A stretch of 64,000 nt of DNA from Limisphaerales bacterium (GTDB lineage: Bacteria > Verrucomicrobiota > Verrucomicrobiia > Limisphaerales > JADJPG01): the NCBI GenBank assembly GCA_044230345.1, contig JBGARF010000017.1, positions 24,946-88,945 on the forward strand, written 5' to 3'. Positions 1 to 8,789 of this stretch are shown here, in pieces (positions within the stretch are counted from its first letter, which is position 1; every line of letters starts with the position of its first letter). Position numbers and translations under genes: made by a program. Below the pieces are notes generated by a model that did no database searches, had not been told where the DNA came from, and saw only the letters and a list, made by a program, of their open reading frames with translations.

Positions 1-25
1 CTGATCCTATTCTCCAGACTCAGTC

Positions 26-1576
26 ATGGGTCAGCGTGCTCCGATTAATCTGTTTTGCGCCGGACTCTTATGGACGAAACGGCTCGTGATCTGCCTTCGC
101 CTGATGAGTCTGGTCATCGGTTTCCACGGCGAGCCCGTTCTGGCCACTACGGTTTCGCCTGAACTCAAGACGTGTCCTGTTTGTCAGCGCGCATTCGTGG
201 CGACGTCTATCACTTCATGGCATCAGTTCGGTGAACCGCGAAGGGACCTGACTGGCAGCTACCTGGCGGCCGCGTCGCGGCTGCTGTCCTGCCCGCGGTG
301 CCTGTACTCGGCGCTTCCGTCGGATCTTGGGTCGCTCGACGAAGAGACCCGTCGACGGATCCAAACGGTGCTGGCGTCGTTGCCACAGGGTGTCCGTCCG
401 CTGCCTCCGTCCATTCGGCGGGCGGCATTGCACGGCGGACGTTGGCGTACGCTGGCCTCGGAATCGTTGCTCCATCGCGTCGCCGAACAGTGCGAAGCGG
501 CGCGCGCCCCGGATCCGGATCGGGCGGCCGGACTGGCTTACTCTGCCTACGTGATTGCCAAGGCTGCGGGCGACGAGCAAGTCCTCCGGGAAGAACGATG
601 GCAAGCGATTCGCGCCTTTGAACGGGCTGCCTCGGAGCCCGTGAGGCGCCGATCGGAGCGGCATGTGCTTTGGCTTTATCTGGCCGGTGAGTTGCGGCGC
701 AGTGCGGGCGATACCAACGGGGCGGTGACCCGGCTGGAAGAGGCTGCTCGGTTGGCTGAACCCACCGGTGGCGGTGGCGCAGATGAGGCAGATTGGTTGC
801 GGAACTGGTCGAGGGAACAAGCGGGACGCGCGCGATCCGGGGACACCAATTCCGCGCCGGGAACCCGTCTTTACAGCGCCGAAACCGAGGCGTTTCGACT
901 CGAGCTTGAGCGGAAACTTCCGGCGATGGAGACGGCCTTGAAGGCAGGCAGGCCTTCCGGTGAATGGCTCCTTTCGGGCACCGGACGTCGACAAACCATA
1001 TCGCTCGTCTTGGACCTCGCGCGCGAAGGCAATTCCACCGCGATCGTGTTCCTTTATCGATGGCTCGGACGATTGGAGACGTCTGAACTGCCGGCCCGCG
1101 ATTACCGGGTCGTCGAGGCGGTTCGCCTTTTGGGCCAGCGTGGGGAGGTCGTGGAGGACGATGCGGTAGCCAGCGTGCGATTCCGCTGTCCGGCGTTGGG
1201 GGAGATGGCGCGCTACGCGGTTCGTGGCGGGGTGTTGCCGGTGGAACTTCGCCGCGCTTTGGCGGGCACCCAACCGCTGGAGGTCATCGGTTTCGCCGGG
1301 ATCGCCGCTGCCACCGGTCGAAGCGATCCAGGATTGAAAACTGCACTTGGGGCGCGCATGCGAAGGCTAAAGGGCGAGATGTCGTTGGTGGAGTGGATAC
1401 GGGATTATTTTGGTGCGGTCGGTTCGGTCTCCGACATCCCCGCACTGGAGACATACGCCAATGAGTTTGGTCCAACGAAGGCAGGCGCGCTGAATCAGGA
1501 TTGGCCAGTCTTCTGGCGTCAGGATGTGGAAGACGCCATTCGCCTGATTAACCTCCGGGCCGTTTTTGAACGGTGA
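26..1576 (+). CDS. hypothetical protein with DUF2225-like double zinc ribbon and helical TPR-like C-terminal region
   Basis: 516-aa ORF with a hydrophobic N-terminus. CPVC and CPRC motifs lie about 35 residues apart, as I recall for DUF2225-type proteins. The rest is Ala/Leu/Arg-rich and looks helical. Start codon uncertain. Confidence 0.5.
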   Translation: MGQRAPINLFCAGLLWTKRLVICLRLMSLVIGFHGEPVLATTVSPELKTCPVCQRAFVATSITSWHQFGEPRRDLTGSYLAAASRLLSCPRCLYSALPSDLGSLDEETRRRIQTVLASLPQGVRPLPPSIRRAALHGGRWRTLASESLLHRVAEQCEAARAPDPDRAAGLAYSAYVIAKAAGDEQVLREERWQAIRAFERAASEPVRRRSERHVLWLYLAGELRRSAGDTNGAVTRLEEAARLAEPTGGGGADEADWLRNWSREQAGRARSGDTNSAPGTRLYSAETEAFRLELERKLPAMETALKAGRPSGEWLLSGTGRRQTISLVLDLAREGNSTAIVFLYRWLGRLETSELPARDYRVVEAVRLLGQRGEVVEDDAVASVRFRCPALGEMARYAVRGGVLPVELRRALAGTQPLEVIGFAGIAAATGRSDPGLKTALGARMRRLKGEMSLVEWIRDYFGAVGSVSDIPALETYANEFGPTKAGALNQDWPVFWRQDVEDAIRLINLRAVFER

Positions 1577-1768
1577 GGAGGGACGGGCCGTTCTTGAGTT
1601 CCTGTGCTCGGATTTCGGAGAGGCACGCGGCGATGTCTTGCAGAAGACGAGTGATGCTCGAGCGGAAGGGATCCATCAAGCAGCGAAGGTTCATGGACGG
1701 GCTGCGGGCGGATTATTGATCACGAGGTCTTGCGATGCCGGACTGGACCTGAGCACAGTGCGTGACCA

Positions 1769-2758
1769 ATGAAGACATCCTTTGTGCGGGTCTCGGTTCA
1801 TCCCAGCCAGTTTCCCGCTGCGGTGCACGCTGAGATGCGCGCGTCGTTGGTGGATCGGAGGATGAATCACAAGTTTCATTACGACACTCCGCGGCGGGCG
1901 CGCCGGTGGCTGGCAGTGCACGAGGCGCATTCCCCGGCGCGCACGGATCCGGATTGCCTGGCCACCTACGGACGAGCCTTTGCCGGGGTATCGGCGGCGA
2001 TGGGTGGGGCGGAGGTTCAGCTCATTGGGCTGGGGTGTGGCGGCGGGCAGAAGGATGGCCAATTGCTGGGTGAGCTTGGACGTCAGCCGCGTCAGCTGAC
2101 CTATGTTCCGCTCGATGTGAGCGCTGCGCTGGTGTTAATCGCGCGGGAAGTGGCGTGTGCGTTGATTCCGTCGGAATCGATTCAGCCGTGTGTGGCGGAT
2201 CTAGGGGTGGCGGACGATTTAGGTGGCGCCCTGAATGGGCTTCGTCGTGGAAACGCCCCGCGCCTCTTCAGCTTTTTCGGCATGATTCCAAATTTCGAGC
2301 CGGGCGCGATTCTGCCGCGGCTGGCGGCGTTGGTGGGCGCGGACGACTGGCTGCTGTTCAGTGCAAACCTGGCGCCGGGCGTTGATTACGCGGCGGGAGT
2401 GGCGCGCATGCTGCCGCAGTATGACAATCCGGAGACTCGCCATTGGCTCTGGACCGTATTGGAGGATCACGGGGCCGGTTCGGGGAGCGAGGGACTGCAG
2501 TTTGCCGTCGAATCCGACCCGGTGGATCCTGGTCTGCTTCGATTGGCCGCGCACTGGAAAGTGATGAAGACCACGACCTTGGTGCTTGAGCAGGAATCTT
2601 TTCAGATCGAGGCGGGCGAACGTTTCCGGCTGTTCTTCTCGTACCGGCACACGACGGCCACGGTGAGGCGGTTGCTGGGCGAGCACGGGATGTGCGTGGT
2701 GGAGGCTTGGTCCACGGGCTCGGGCGAGGAAGCAATTTTTCTGTGCCGCCGGAATTAA
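1769..2758 (+). CDS. SAM-dependent methyltransferase, EgtD-like (Methyltransf_33 / histidine N-alpha-methyltransferase family)
   Basis: 329-aa ORF collinear with EgtD landmarks recalled from memory: KFHYD, LIGLGCGGGQKDGQLL (SAM loop), YVPLDVSAAL, FFGMIPNF, C-terminal SYRH...LL. No egtB neighbour, so the substrate is unknown. Confidence 0.6.
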   Translation: MKTSFVRVSVHPSQFPAAVHAEMRASLVDRRMNHKFHYDTPRRARRWLAVHEAHSPARTDPDCLATYGRAFAGVSAAMGGAEVQLIGLGCGGGQKDGQLLGELGRQPRQLTYVPLDVSAALVLIAREVACALIPSESIQPCVADLGVADDLGGALNGLRRGNAPRLFSFFGMIPNFEPGAILPRLAALVGADDWLLFSANLAPGVDYAAGVARMLPQYDNPETRHWLWTVLEDHGAGSGSEGLQFAVESDPVDPGLLRLAAHWKVMKTTTLVLEQESFQIEAGERFRLFFSYRHTTATVRRLLGEHGMCVVEAWSTGSGEEAIFLCRRN

Positions 2759-2772
2759 CTAGGGAACAGGCG

Positions 2773-5700
2773 TCAGGGTGCGGTGGTGCGGAAGATTTGG
2801 TGAGCGCTGGCGCCGGTCACCTCCAGATCGAAGACTCCGAGCGGGTCGACGGTTCCCGTTGCCACCGGAGTCCAGCCTGCGGATCCGTCATGACCGAGCA
2901 CTCGAAACGCCGTATTGGGAACGCCAAAACCGCGGAGGCGATACTGGTTGGGGTGGGTGGCGGTGATGGAGCGGAGGCCAAAGAAAATGGGTTGCACTTC
3001 GTAGGCGCCAATGTCTGGTCCGCCGAGTGCCGGGCGCGCTGCGCTGCGTTGATCCGTCGGGGGGAAATGGAGCGGATCGCCGGCATCGATCGCGGGGCTG
3101 GAAGGCAGCAGGGCGTGGGTGAGCGTGGGGCCGCCGTTTGCTTCCAGCGGAGCGAGGCCGGGATCGACCGGGTAGGCGCTGCTGGGAGCCGGCAGGGCGC
3201 AACTCGCGTCTGAGCTGAGGTTGTGGCCCATGTCGATCACCTGGCCTTGCCCATTCGCCTGACCTTTCGCGTGGGCGAGGATGACTTGATGCAAGTTGGG
3301 GCCGGGGCCCGTGGTGTAGAGATTGCCGCCCAACCCGATTCCGTTGGTGGAAGTGCCGGGAGCTGAGTTGGGCACGCGAGGTCCGCCACTGGCCCGATTG
3401 AACGCGATCGTGCAATTGAGCAGCGAAGAACCTGAGGCGACGCTCAAGCCGCCGCCCAAGCCGGATCCGCCACTGGCGACGAAACTCTGGATCGTGCCGC
3501 CGGCGGCTCCGCCCGTCGCGCTATTGCCGCTCACGGTGACATTGACCATGAGAAGCGTTCCGCTGCTGTCGGTGTGAAGGGCGCCGCCTTTGGCAAGGCC
3601 ACCCGAACCGCCGGCTGCGAATCCGAACCCGTAGTTGCCACCGCCGGTGCCGCCTTTGCCCGCGAACGTCTGGTTGGCGGATAGGCAGACGTTGGAGAGA
3701 ATCAAATCACCGCGATTGTAGATGCCGCCGCCCATCGCCGCGCCGCCGGGTCCGCCCTGGCCGCCGGGCGTCGGGACATTAAACAATGGCCCGTTCGGAA
3801 AGCCGGCATTCCCGCCGACGCCGCCGACGCCGCCGGTGGCGGTGTTTCCTGAGATGCTGGATGCAGCAATGAAACACCAGGCCGCACTGTCATTGTAAAC
3901 GGCGCCCCCGAGGGCAGGCCCGCCGGAGTCACCGGGGTGACCGGACTCCCCGGGGAGGAGAGGTGCGGGGGGACGAAGCGGCGCGCTCGCGCCGTTCTGG
4001 CCGGGAGCTCCGTTGGTTCCGATCGCCGCATTGCCAGTCACTGTGCAGTGATCGAGCACCAGCCGGCCCTGATTGAAAATGCCGGCGCCGTTGGCTGCAC
4101 GGCCGTCCGCGATAGTCAGGCCGCGGAGAACCAGAGTTCCTTGCGACGTCACCGTGAACACCCGCTTACCCTGGCCGCGGACCGTGATCTGTCGGCCGGT
4201 CGCATCAAGCTCGGCTTCCCCGGTGACCACGAGGGGTTCGTTGAGAAGAATTATGCCGTTGCAACCAAAACGGATGGGGCCGCCGCGCGCGACATTGGCG
4301 CGGAGGTGGGCGTCGTCGCAGGTGTTGACATCTCCCAGCGTAAAGAAAGTTCCGTGCGCGCTGCGCACGATTCCGAACTCGTTCGACGCGACCAATTGAT
4401 AGTAATAGTCGGTGCCTGGAGCGAGTCCGGTGATCGGCTCGGGTGCTGGCGTCGGGACCCAGGAAACGGGGAACAGGCGCGGCGCCGTGACGAGCCCCAG
4501 ACTGGGCGTTGGCCCGTATTCGTACCAAGCCCGGGTCGCCGCGCCCCCGGAATGGACGAAGCCTTGCAGCGTTGCTGAAGTGAAGTTGGCTGCGCTCACT
4601 GCGGAGACCTGAACTTCCGGTGGGCCGAAGACCAGGAGTTCCGGCGAAAATGTTTCCGGCTGCGGGCCGAATTGATCCGAGCTCACTCCGGGAATATGGA
4701 TGGTTGTGCGGCCGACCCTTAGAGTGGTGAGTGGAATTTGAATGATCTGAGCCGCCAGCGGCGGGATCGTTGCAGTGATCACGATCTCGTGACTGCCCGT
4801 CGACGTGGTGACGCTGCCATCGAATCCCGGCGGAAGCGAGGCCGGGCCTGCCACCGCCAAAGCAGCGGGGAGCTGGTTGGTGAAGCGAATCCCGGTCAGC
4901 GCATGGGTGTTGGTGTTCGCCAGTGTGATTTGCAGAGAGACGCTGGCGCCCACCTGAACGCCCGACTCCGGATCGAATTTCAAGGTGAGTGGGAGCGGCC
5001 CCAGTACGCCTTCGTAGGCGCCGGGATCGAGAGCTGCGCCGGCCGGCCGGGCGCGGCCCCGTTGATCGGTGGATGGCGTCAGCGCCGCCGCGCCGGCGTC
5101 AATGACCGGGCTGCCGGAGAGCAAAGCCATGGTGGGCGTAGGGCCGCCGTTTTGGGCCAGGGGACCAAGCTTTGGCTCGATCAGCCGGCGGCTGGTTTCG
5201 TTGGTCAGTCCGCCCGGCTGATCGGTGCTGAAGTTGTAACCGCGATCCATGACGGGCCCGGCGATGCTGAGCTCGGTCCCGGCTTGAGCGATGATCACAT
5301 GGCTTAGTTCCACCATGGCATTGGTGAGAACGAGCAGCGTTCCGCCGCCGTTCGTGCCCCGATTGGCGGCAAAGGTGGTAAAGGCAAATGCGGCCTGGCC
5401 GCCGGTGAACGCTCCGGCTCCGCCATAGGCGCGGCCGCTCGAGAAACCGGGGCGCCCCGCGACTCCGCCGACCGCTTCGTTCATGGCAAATGTACAGTTG
5501 GTCGCCGCAAACGTAGCAGTGGAGTAAACCCCGCCGCCGAATCCGTCGCCCCCGACCTCAGCCAGCGATGAGAGGCCGCCCACGCCTCCCACGCTGGTGT
5601 TGTTTTGGAACGTTGAGCCGATCGCAACGATGGATTGGGCGTTGAACACAGCGCCGCCCTGGCCTGGTCCTCCGGGAGTGGCGCCCGAGAGAGCGCTGCC

Positions 5701-8319
5701 GCCGAGCCCGCCCACGGCGCGATTCGCGGACAGCGTGCAATTCGAAAGCGTGAGGAAACCAAAATTGCCGACGGCTCCGCCCTGGCCTGCGCCACCCGAC
5801 CGATTGATGACCACTCCTCCGATGCCGTCGGAACCGGTGGCGGAATTGGCGCTGAACCGACATTCGATCAGCGCGGAAGTCCCGCCGTTCCACACCGCGC
5901 CGCCGGAGCCGGCCTTTGGGATGCCTCCGGCGACGGCGCCCTTGGCTCGATTGTCGATGAACTCGCAGGCCGTCGCGTTGAACGTCCCGAGATTGTGCAC
6001 GGCACCCCCTTCCGTCGCCGAGCCGTTCGCCAGCGTGAGCCCATGCAGGGTCAACTGACGCCCGGCTGGAACCTGGAACAGGCGCACGGCATTGCTGCCG
6101 GACAGCGTGACCTGATGCCCATCCGCGAGCAGTGTTGTGTTGGTGTTGATCACCAGTGGGCTCGACAGCGTGACCACGCCATCGCAGGCAAAGCGGACGA
6201 TGCCGCCGCGGGCCACCAGCGGCGACAAGTTGCCCTCTTCGCAGGCCACGACAACGTCGCCAATGGTATAAGCGGCTTGCCATTCGCCGCGTGCGATCCC
6301 CAAAAAATTTGAACTGACGGTGCGGTATAACAACTTGGTATTCGCCGGCAATCCGGTCAGACGCGTGAACAGCGGCGTGGCGGTGAAGCCCGCCGCGATC
6401 AATTGGGACGGGGTCATCCCGGACGGAGCGTTGGTGTCGGGGCCGTATTCAAACCAGGCGCTCGTCTCGGTCCCGTTGGCGATGACGGAACCGTTCAGGG
6501 TCGTGGCATCGGAAGTTGCCTCGCTCGTGCGAAGAGTTCGGACGGTCGGCGGTCCCAGGATGGTGATGGCTGGCCCGAAGTTGAACGTGTACCCCAGTTG
6601 CGTGGTGATGATGCCGAGTCCTTCGCCCAACCAAGATCCGGCGCGGGTCGGGAACAGATTGAAGCGAAGGGTGCAACCCTGATCGGGGTCAAGACTCAGG
6701 CCGGTGGCGTCCAACTGGTGTTCGGTGGAGATGAACGTCGGGGTTCCCGGGCAATCCGAGTCGACGATTGCATTGGTGGCGAGGTTCGCACCGGCGCCTG
6801 GAAGGTAACTCAGGCTGAATTGAGTCAGCGCCGCCCGATTGTCGTTGCGGAGTCGGATGGTCACGTTGGTGGGCTGATTCACGATGAGCGTGGGTGGGGC
6901 GACCGGGAGTCCGCCGGGGAGAGTAAACGCGCCTTCCACGGCGCCGATGTCCGGCCGGTCGCCGAACGGGCGGGCCAGCCCGCGTTGGTCGACGGCGGCG
7001 AGCGCCGAGACGGCGCCGCCATCGACCGCACGGCTGCCGGCGCGGGGTGCCATCGCGGGCGTCGGGCCGCCGAAATCTGCCCAGGGAGTGAGCAGCGGGT
7101 CCACGCCGTTGGCGCTGGTCGCAGCGGTGAAGACCGCGCCGGTGTCGGATCCAAGATTGTGGCCGAGATCAATGAACGGTCCGGTCACGTTGGGAATCGT
7201 GACGCCGGTGCCAGTTCGGGGGTAAGCGACGATGTCGTGGGATAGGCGAGCGGTGGCGCCGTTGGCCGTGAAGATGCCGGCGCCGAGTCCAAGGTCCCCC
7301 GCGGTGACGCCGTTGGCAAAATTGTAGGCCAGGGTGGCGAAGACCACTTCGGCCGAGCCGGCGAGGATGGCGATGCCGCCGCCCGCGCCGGGATGTCCCA
7401 GGGCTTCACTGCTAACGATGGTGACATTGGTGGCGTGCAACGATCCCTCATTGCACAACGCTCCACCAAAAGCTGGGCCCGGATTCGCGCCGCTGCCACC
7501 AGCGGAGCCGAAATAGGCATTGTTGTGAACAAAGGCCGATTCCCGGACGATCGCCGTACCCAGATTGAAAATCGCTCCGCCTCGACCGTCACCGCCGTTT
7601 CCGGCTCCGAATGATGGGTTCGTCAGTGGTGCGTTCCCGTCGCCGCCGTTCGCAACGTTGTTCGTGAAGAGGCTGCGCGAGACCTCCAGCTGACCCCGAT
7701 TGTGGATCGCCCCGCCGCGGCCGGAATAGGCCCCGGGAAAAAAAACGAGGCCGCCCGGGCCGGCCGTTCCCACGGGCCCCCGGGCGCCCAGCGCAAAGTT
7801 GCGGATGAAGCGGGACTCCGATACCTCGGCGACGCCCGCGTTCCAAATGGCGCCGCCTTCGGCCGCTCCTCCTGCGGTGATGATGCCATTGGTTACGGTC
7901 GAGTTGATGCCCGTGGCGAAGCAATTGGAGAAGATGCAACTGAGAACGCGGAGCGAGCCTTCGTTGCGGATGCCGGCGCCGGCCGCGCTACGCGCGTCAA
8001 CGATCGAGAGATTCGACAAGGTCAGACTGCCGTTGGGCCGGATATCGAACACGGGTCCGGCCAATCCGCCGCTGAGCACCACTTTGCGGCCATGAGTGTC
8101 CAGCGCGACCTGGTTTGTGATCACGAGCGGTCTTGAGACGGTGATGACCCCGTCGCAGGCGAAGACGACTGATCCTCCGGTGCTGACGGCGGCGCGGAGT
8201 GCGGCTTCGGTGCAGATCGGGAGCGCGGTTGTCTGAGCGCGGGCGGGATAAACAACGAACAACACAACGAACAACGATTGGGCGAGAAGGAAACACCAAC
8301 TGATCCTTGGAGTTTTCAT
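2773..8319 (-). CDS. giant secreted right-handed beta-helix protein (polymorphic-OMP / choice-of-anchor-Q-like repeats), three tandem modules
   Basis: Track ORF is 2773..8460. The likely start is M48 (ATG at 8319), which gives the signal peptide MKTPRISWCFLLAQSLFVVLFVVYPARA. Gly/Asn/Ala-rich beta-helix repeats. Three DQRG-x2-RP...D-x-GA-x-E capping motifs. C-terminal module shared with four other genes. Confidence 0.85.
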   Translation of the reverse strand: MKTPRISWCFLLAQSLFVVLFVVYPARAQTTALPICTEAALRAAVSTGGSVVFACDGVITVSRPLVITNQVALDTHGRKVVLSGGLAGPVFDIRPNGSLTLSNLSIVDARSAAGAGIRNEGSLRVLSCIFSNCFATGINSTVTNGIITAGGAAEGGAIWNAGVAEVSESRFIRNFALGARGPVGTAGPGGLVFFPGAYSGRGGAIHNRGQLEVSRSLFTNNVANGGDGNAPLTNPSFGAGNGGDGRGGAIFNLGTAIVRESAFVHNNAYFGSAGGSGANPGPAFGGALCNEGSLHATNVTIVSSEALGHPGAGGGIAILAGSAEVVFATLAYNFANGVTAGDLGLGAGIFTANGATARLSHDIVAYPRTGTGVTIPNVTGPFIDLGHNLGSDTGAVFTAATSANGVDPLLTPWADFGGPTPAMAPRAGSRAVDGGAVSALAAVDQRGLARPFGDRPDIGAVEGAFTLPGGLPVAPPTLIVNQPTNVTIRLRNDNRAALTQFSLSYLPGAGANLATNAIVDSDCPGTPTFISTEHQLDATGLSLDPDQGCTLRFNLFPTRAGSWLGEGLGIITTQLGYTFNFGPAITILGPPTVRTLRTSEATSDATTLNGSVIANGTETSAWFEYGPDTNAPSGMTPSQLIAAGFTATPLFTRLTGLPANTKLLYRTVSSNFLGIARGEWQAAYTIGDVVVACEEGNLSPLVARGGIVRFACDGVVTLSSPLVINTNTTLLADGHQVTLSGSNAVRLFQVPAGRQLTLHGLTLANGSATEGGAVHNLGTFNATACEFIDNRAKGAVAGGIPKAGSGGAVWNGGTSALIECRFSANSATGSDGIGGVVINRSGGAGQGGAVGNFGFLTLSNCTLSANRAVGGLGGSALSGATPGGPGQGGAVFNAQSIVAIGSTFQNNTSVGGVGGLSSLAEVGGDGFGGGVYSTATFAATNCTFAMNEAVGGVAGRPGFSSGRAYGGAGAFTGGQAAFAFTTFAANRGTNGGGTLLVLTNAMVELSHVIIAQAGTELSIAGPVMDRGYNFSTDQPGGLTNETSRRLIEPKLGPLAQNGGPTPTMALLSGSPVIDAGAAALTPSTDQRGRARPAGAALDPGAYEGVLGPLPLTLKFDPESGVQVGASVSLQITLANTNTHALTGIRFTNQLPAALAVAGPASLPPGFDGSVTTSTGSHEIVITATIPPLAAQIIQIPLTTLRVGRTTIHIPGVSSDQFGPQPETFSPELLVFGPPEVQVSAVSAANFTSATLQGFVHSGGAATRAWYEYGPTPSLGLVTAPRLFPVSWVPTPAPEPITGLAPGTDYYYQLVASNEFGIVRSAHGTFFTLGDVNTCDDAHLRANVARGGPIRFGCNGIILLNEPLVVTGEAELDATGRQITVRGQGKRVFTVTSQGTLVLRGLTIADGRAANGAGIFNQGRLVLDHCTVTGNAAIGTNGAPGQNGASAPLRPPAPLLPGESGHPGDSGGPALGGAVYNDSAAWCFIAASSISGNTATGGVGGVGGNAGFPNGPLFNVPTPGGQGGPGGAAMGGGIYNRGDLILSNVCLSANQTFAGKGGTGGGNYGFGFAAGGSGGLAKGGALHTDSSGTLLMVNVTVSGNSATGGAAGGTIQSFVASGGSGLGGGLSVASGSSLLNCTIAFNRASGGPRVPNSAPGTSTNGIGLGGNLYTTGPGPNLHQVILAHAKGQANGQGQVIDMGHNLSSDASCALPAPSSAYPVDPGLAPLEANGGPTLTHALLPSSPAIDAGDPLHFPPTDQRSAARPALGGPDIGAYEVQPIFFGLRSITATHPNQYRLRGFGVPNTAFRVLGHDGSAGWTPVATGTVDPLGVFDLEVTGASAHQIFRTTAP

Positions 8320-8467
8320 TTGGCGATGATTTTTCCGCTTGGTCGCGGTGGTGAACGGGTAGGTGCCGAAATAAGTAACAGAAGGCGCAGTCTGAAGCAA
8401 GGACAGCTTTGCCCGTTGCCCATCTGTCCGTGCATCTCGAAGTTGTTGGTAAGGGTTCATACTTGGC

Positions 8468-8585
8468 CGGACCGCGGGCTTTCAGCCGGCTTTCAGCCCG
8501 CAGCGGCTTGGGCCGACGACGACGCTCGAAGGTTCGAGCGCGCAACGCCGATTCCACCCGCTGCGGGCCATAGGCCCGCGCTCCG
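8468..8585. repeat. intergenic GC-rich repeat family A, copy 1
   Basis: About 110 bp nearly identical to the reverse complement of 11748..11854. Contains several GC hairpins (for example gcgggcc-N-ggcccgc) and an internal ggctttcagcc duplication. Confidence 0.85.
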
Positions 8586-8789
8586 ATCCAACAACTTCAA
8601 GATGCACCGCCCATCTGTCCGGAGCGCCAATGCGCCGCCGGCAGCAACAGCCCACGGCCGTCTGCGTTCCCAGTTCGTCGCCCCGAGGATTGATTCCCGG
8701 TTCCCGGGGCGAACGACGAAGCGCGCGGCGGCCGTGGGCCTTGTCTACAGTCTATCTGGTGTTGTTGGACGAGACGGGGCGGGGCGAGA

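Noticed and set aside
1566-1772. 68-aa ORF bridging the first two genes (TTG start, stop overlapping the ATG at 1769)
   Set aside because: Weak start codon, lower third-position GC than neighbouring genes, and no recognisable motif. Probably non-coding spacer.
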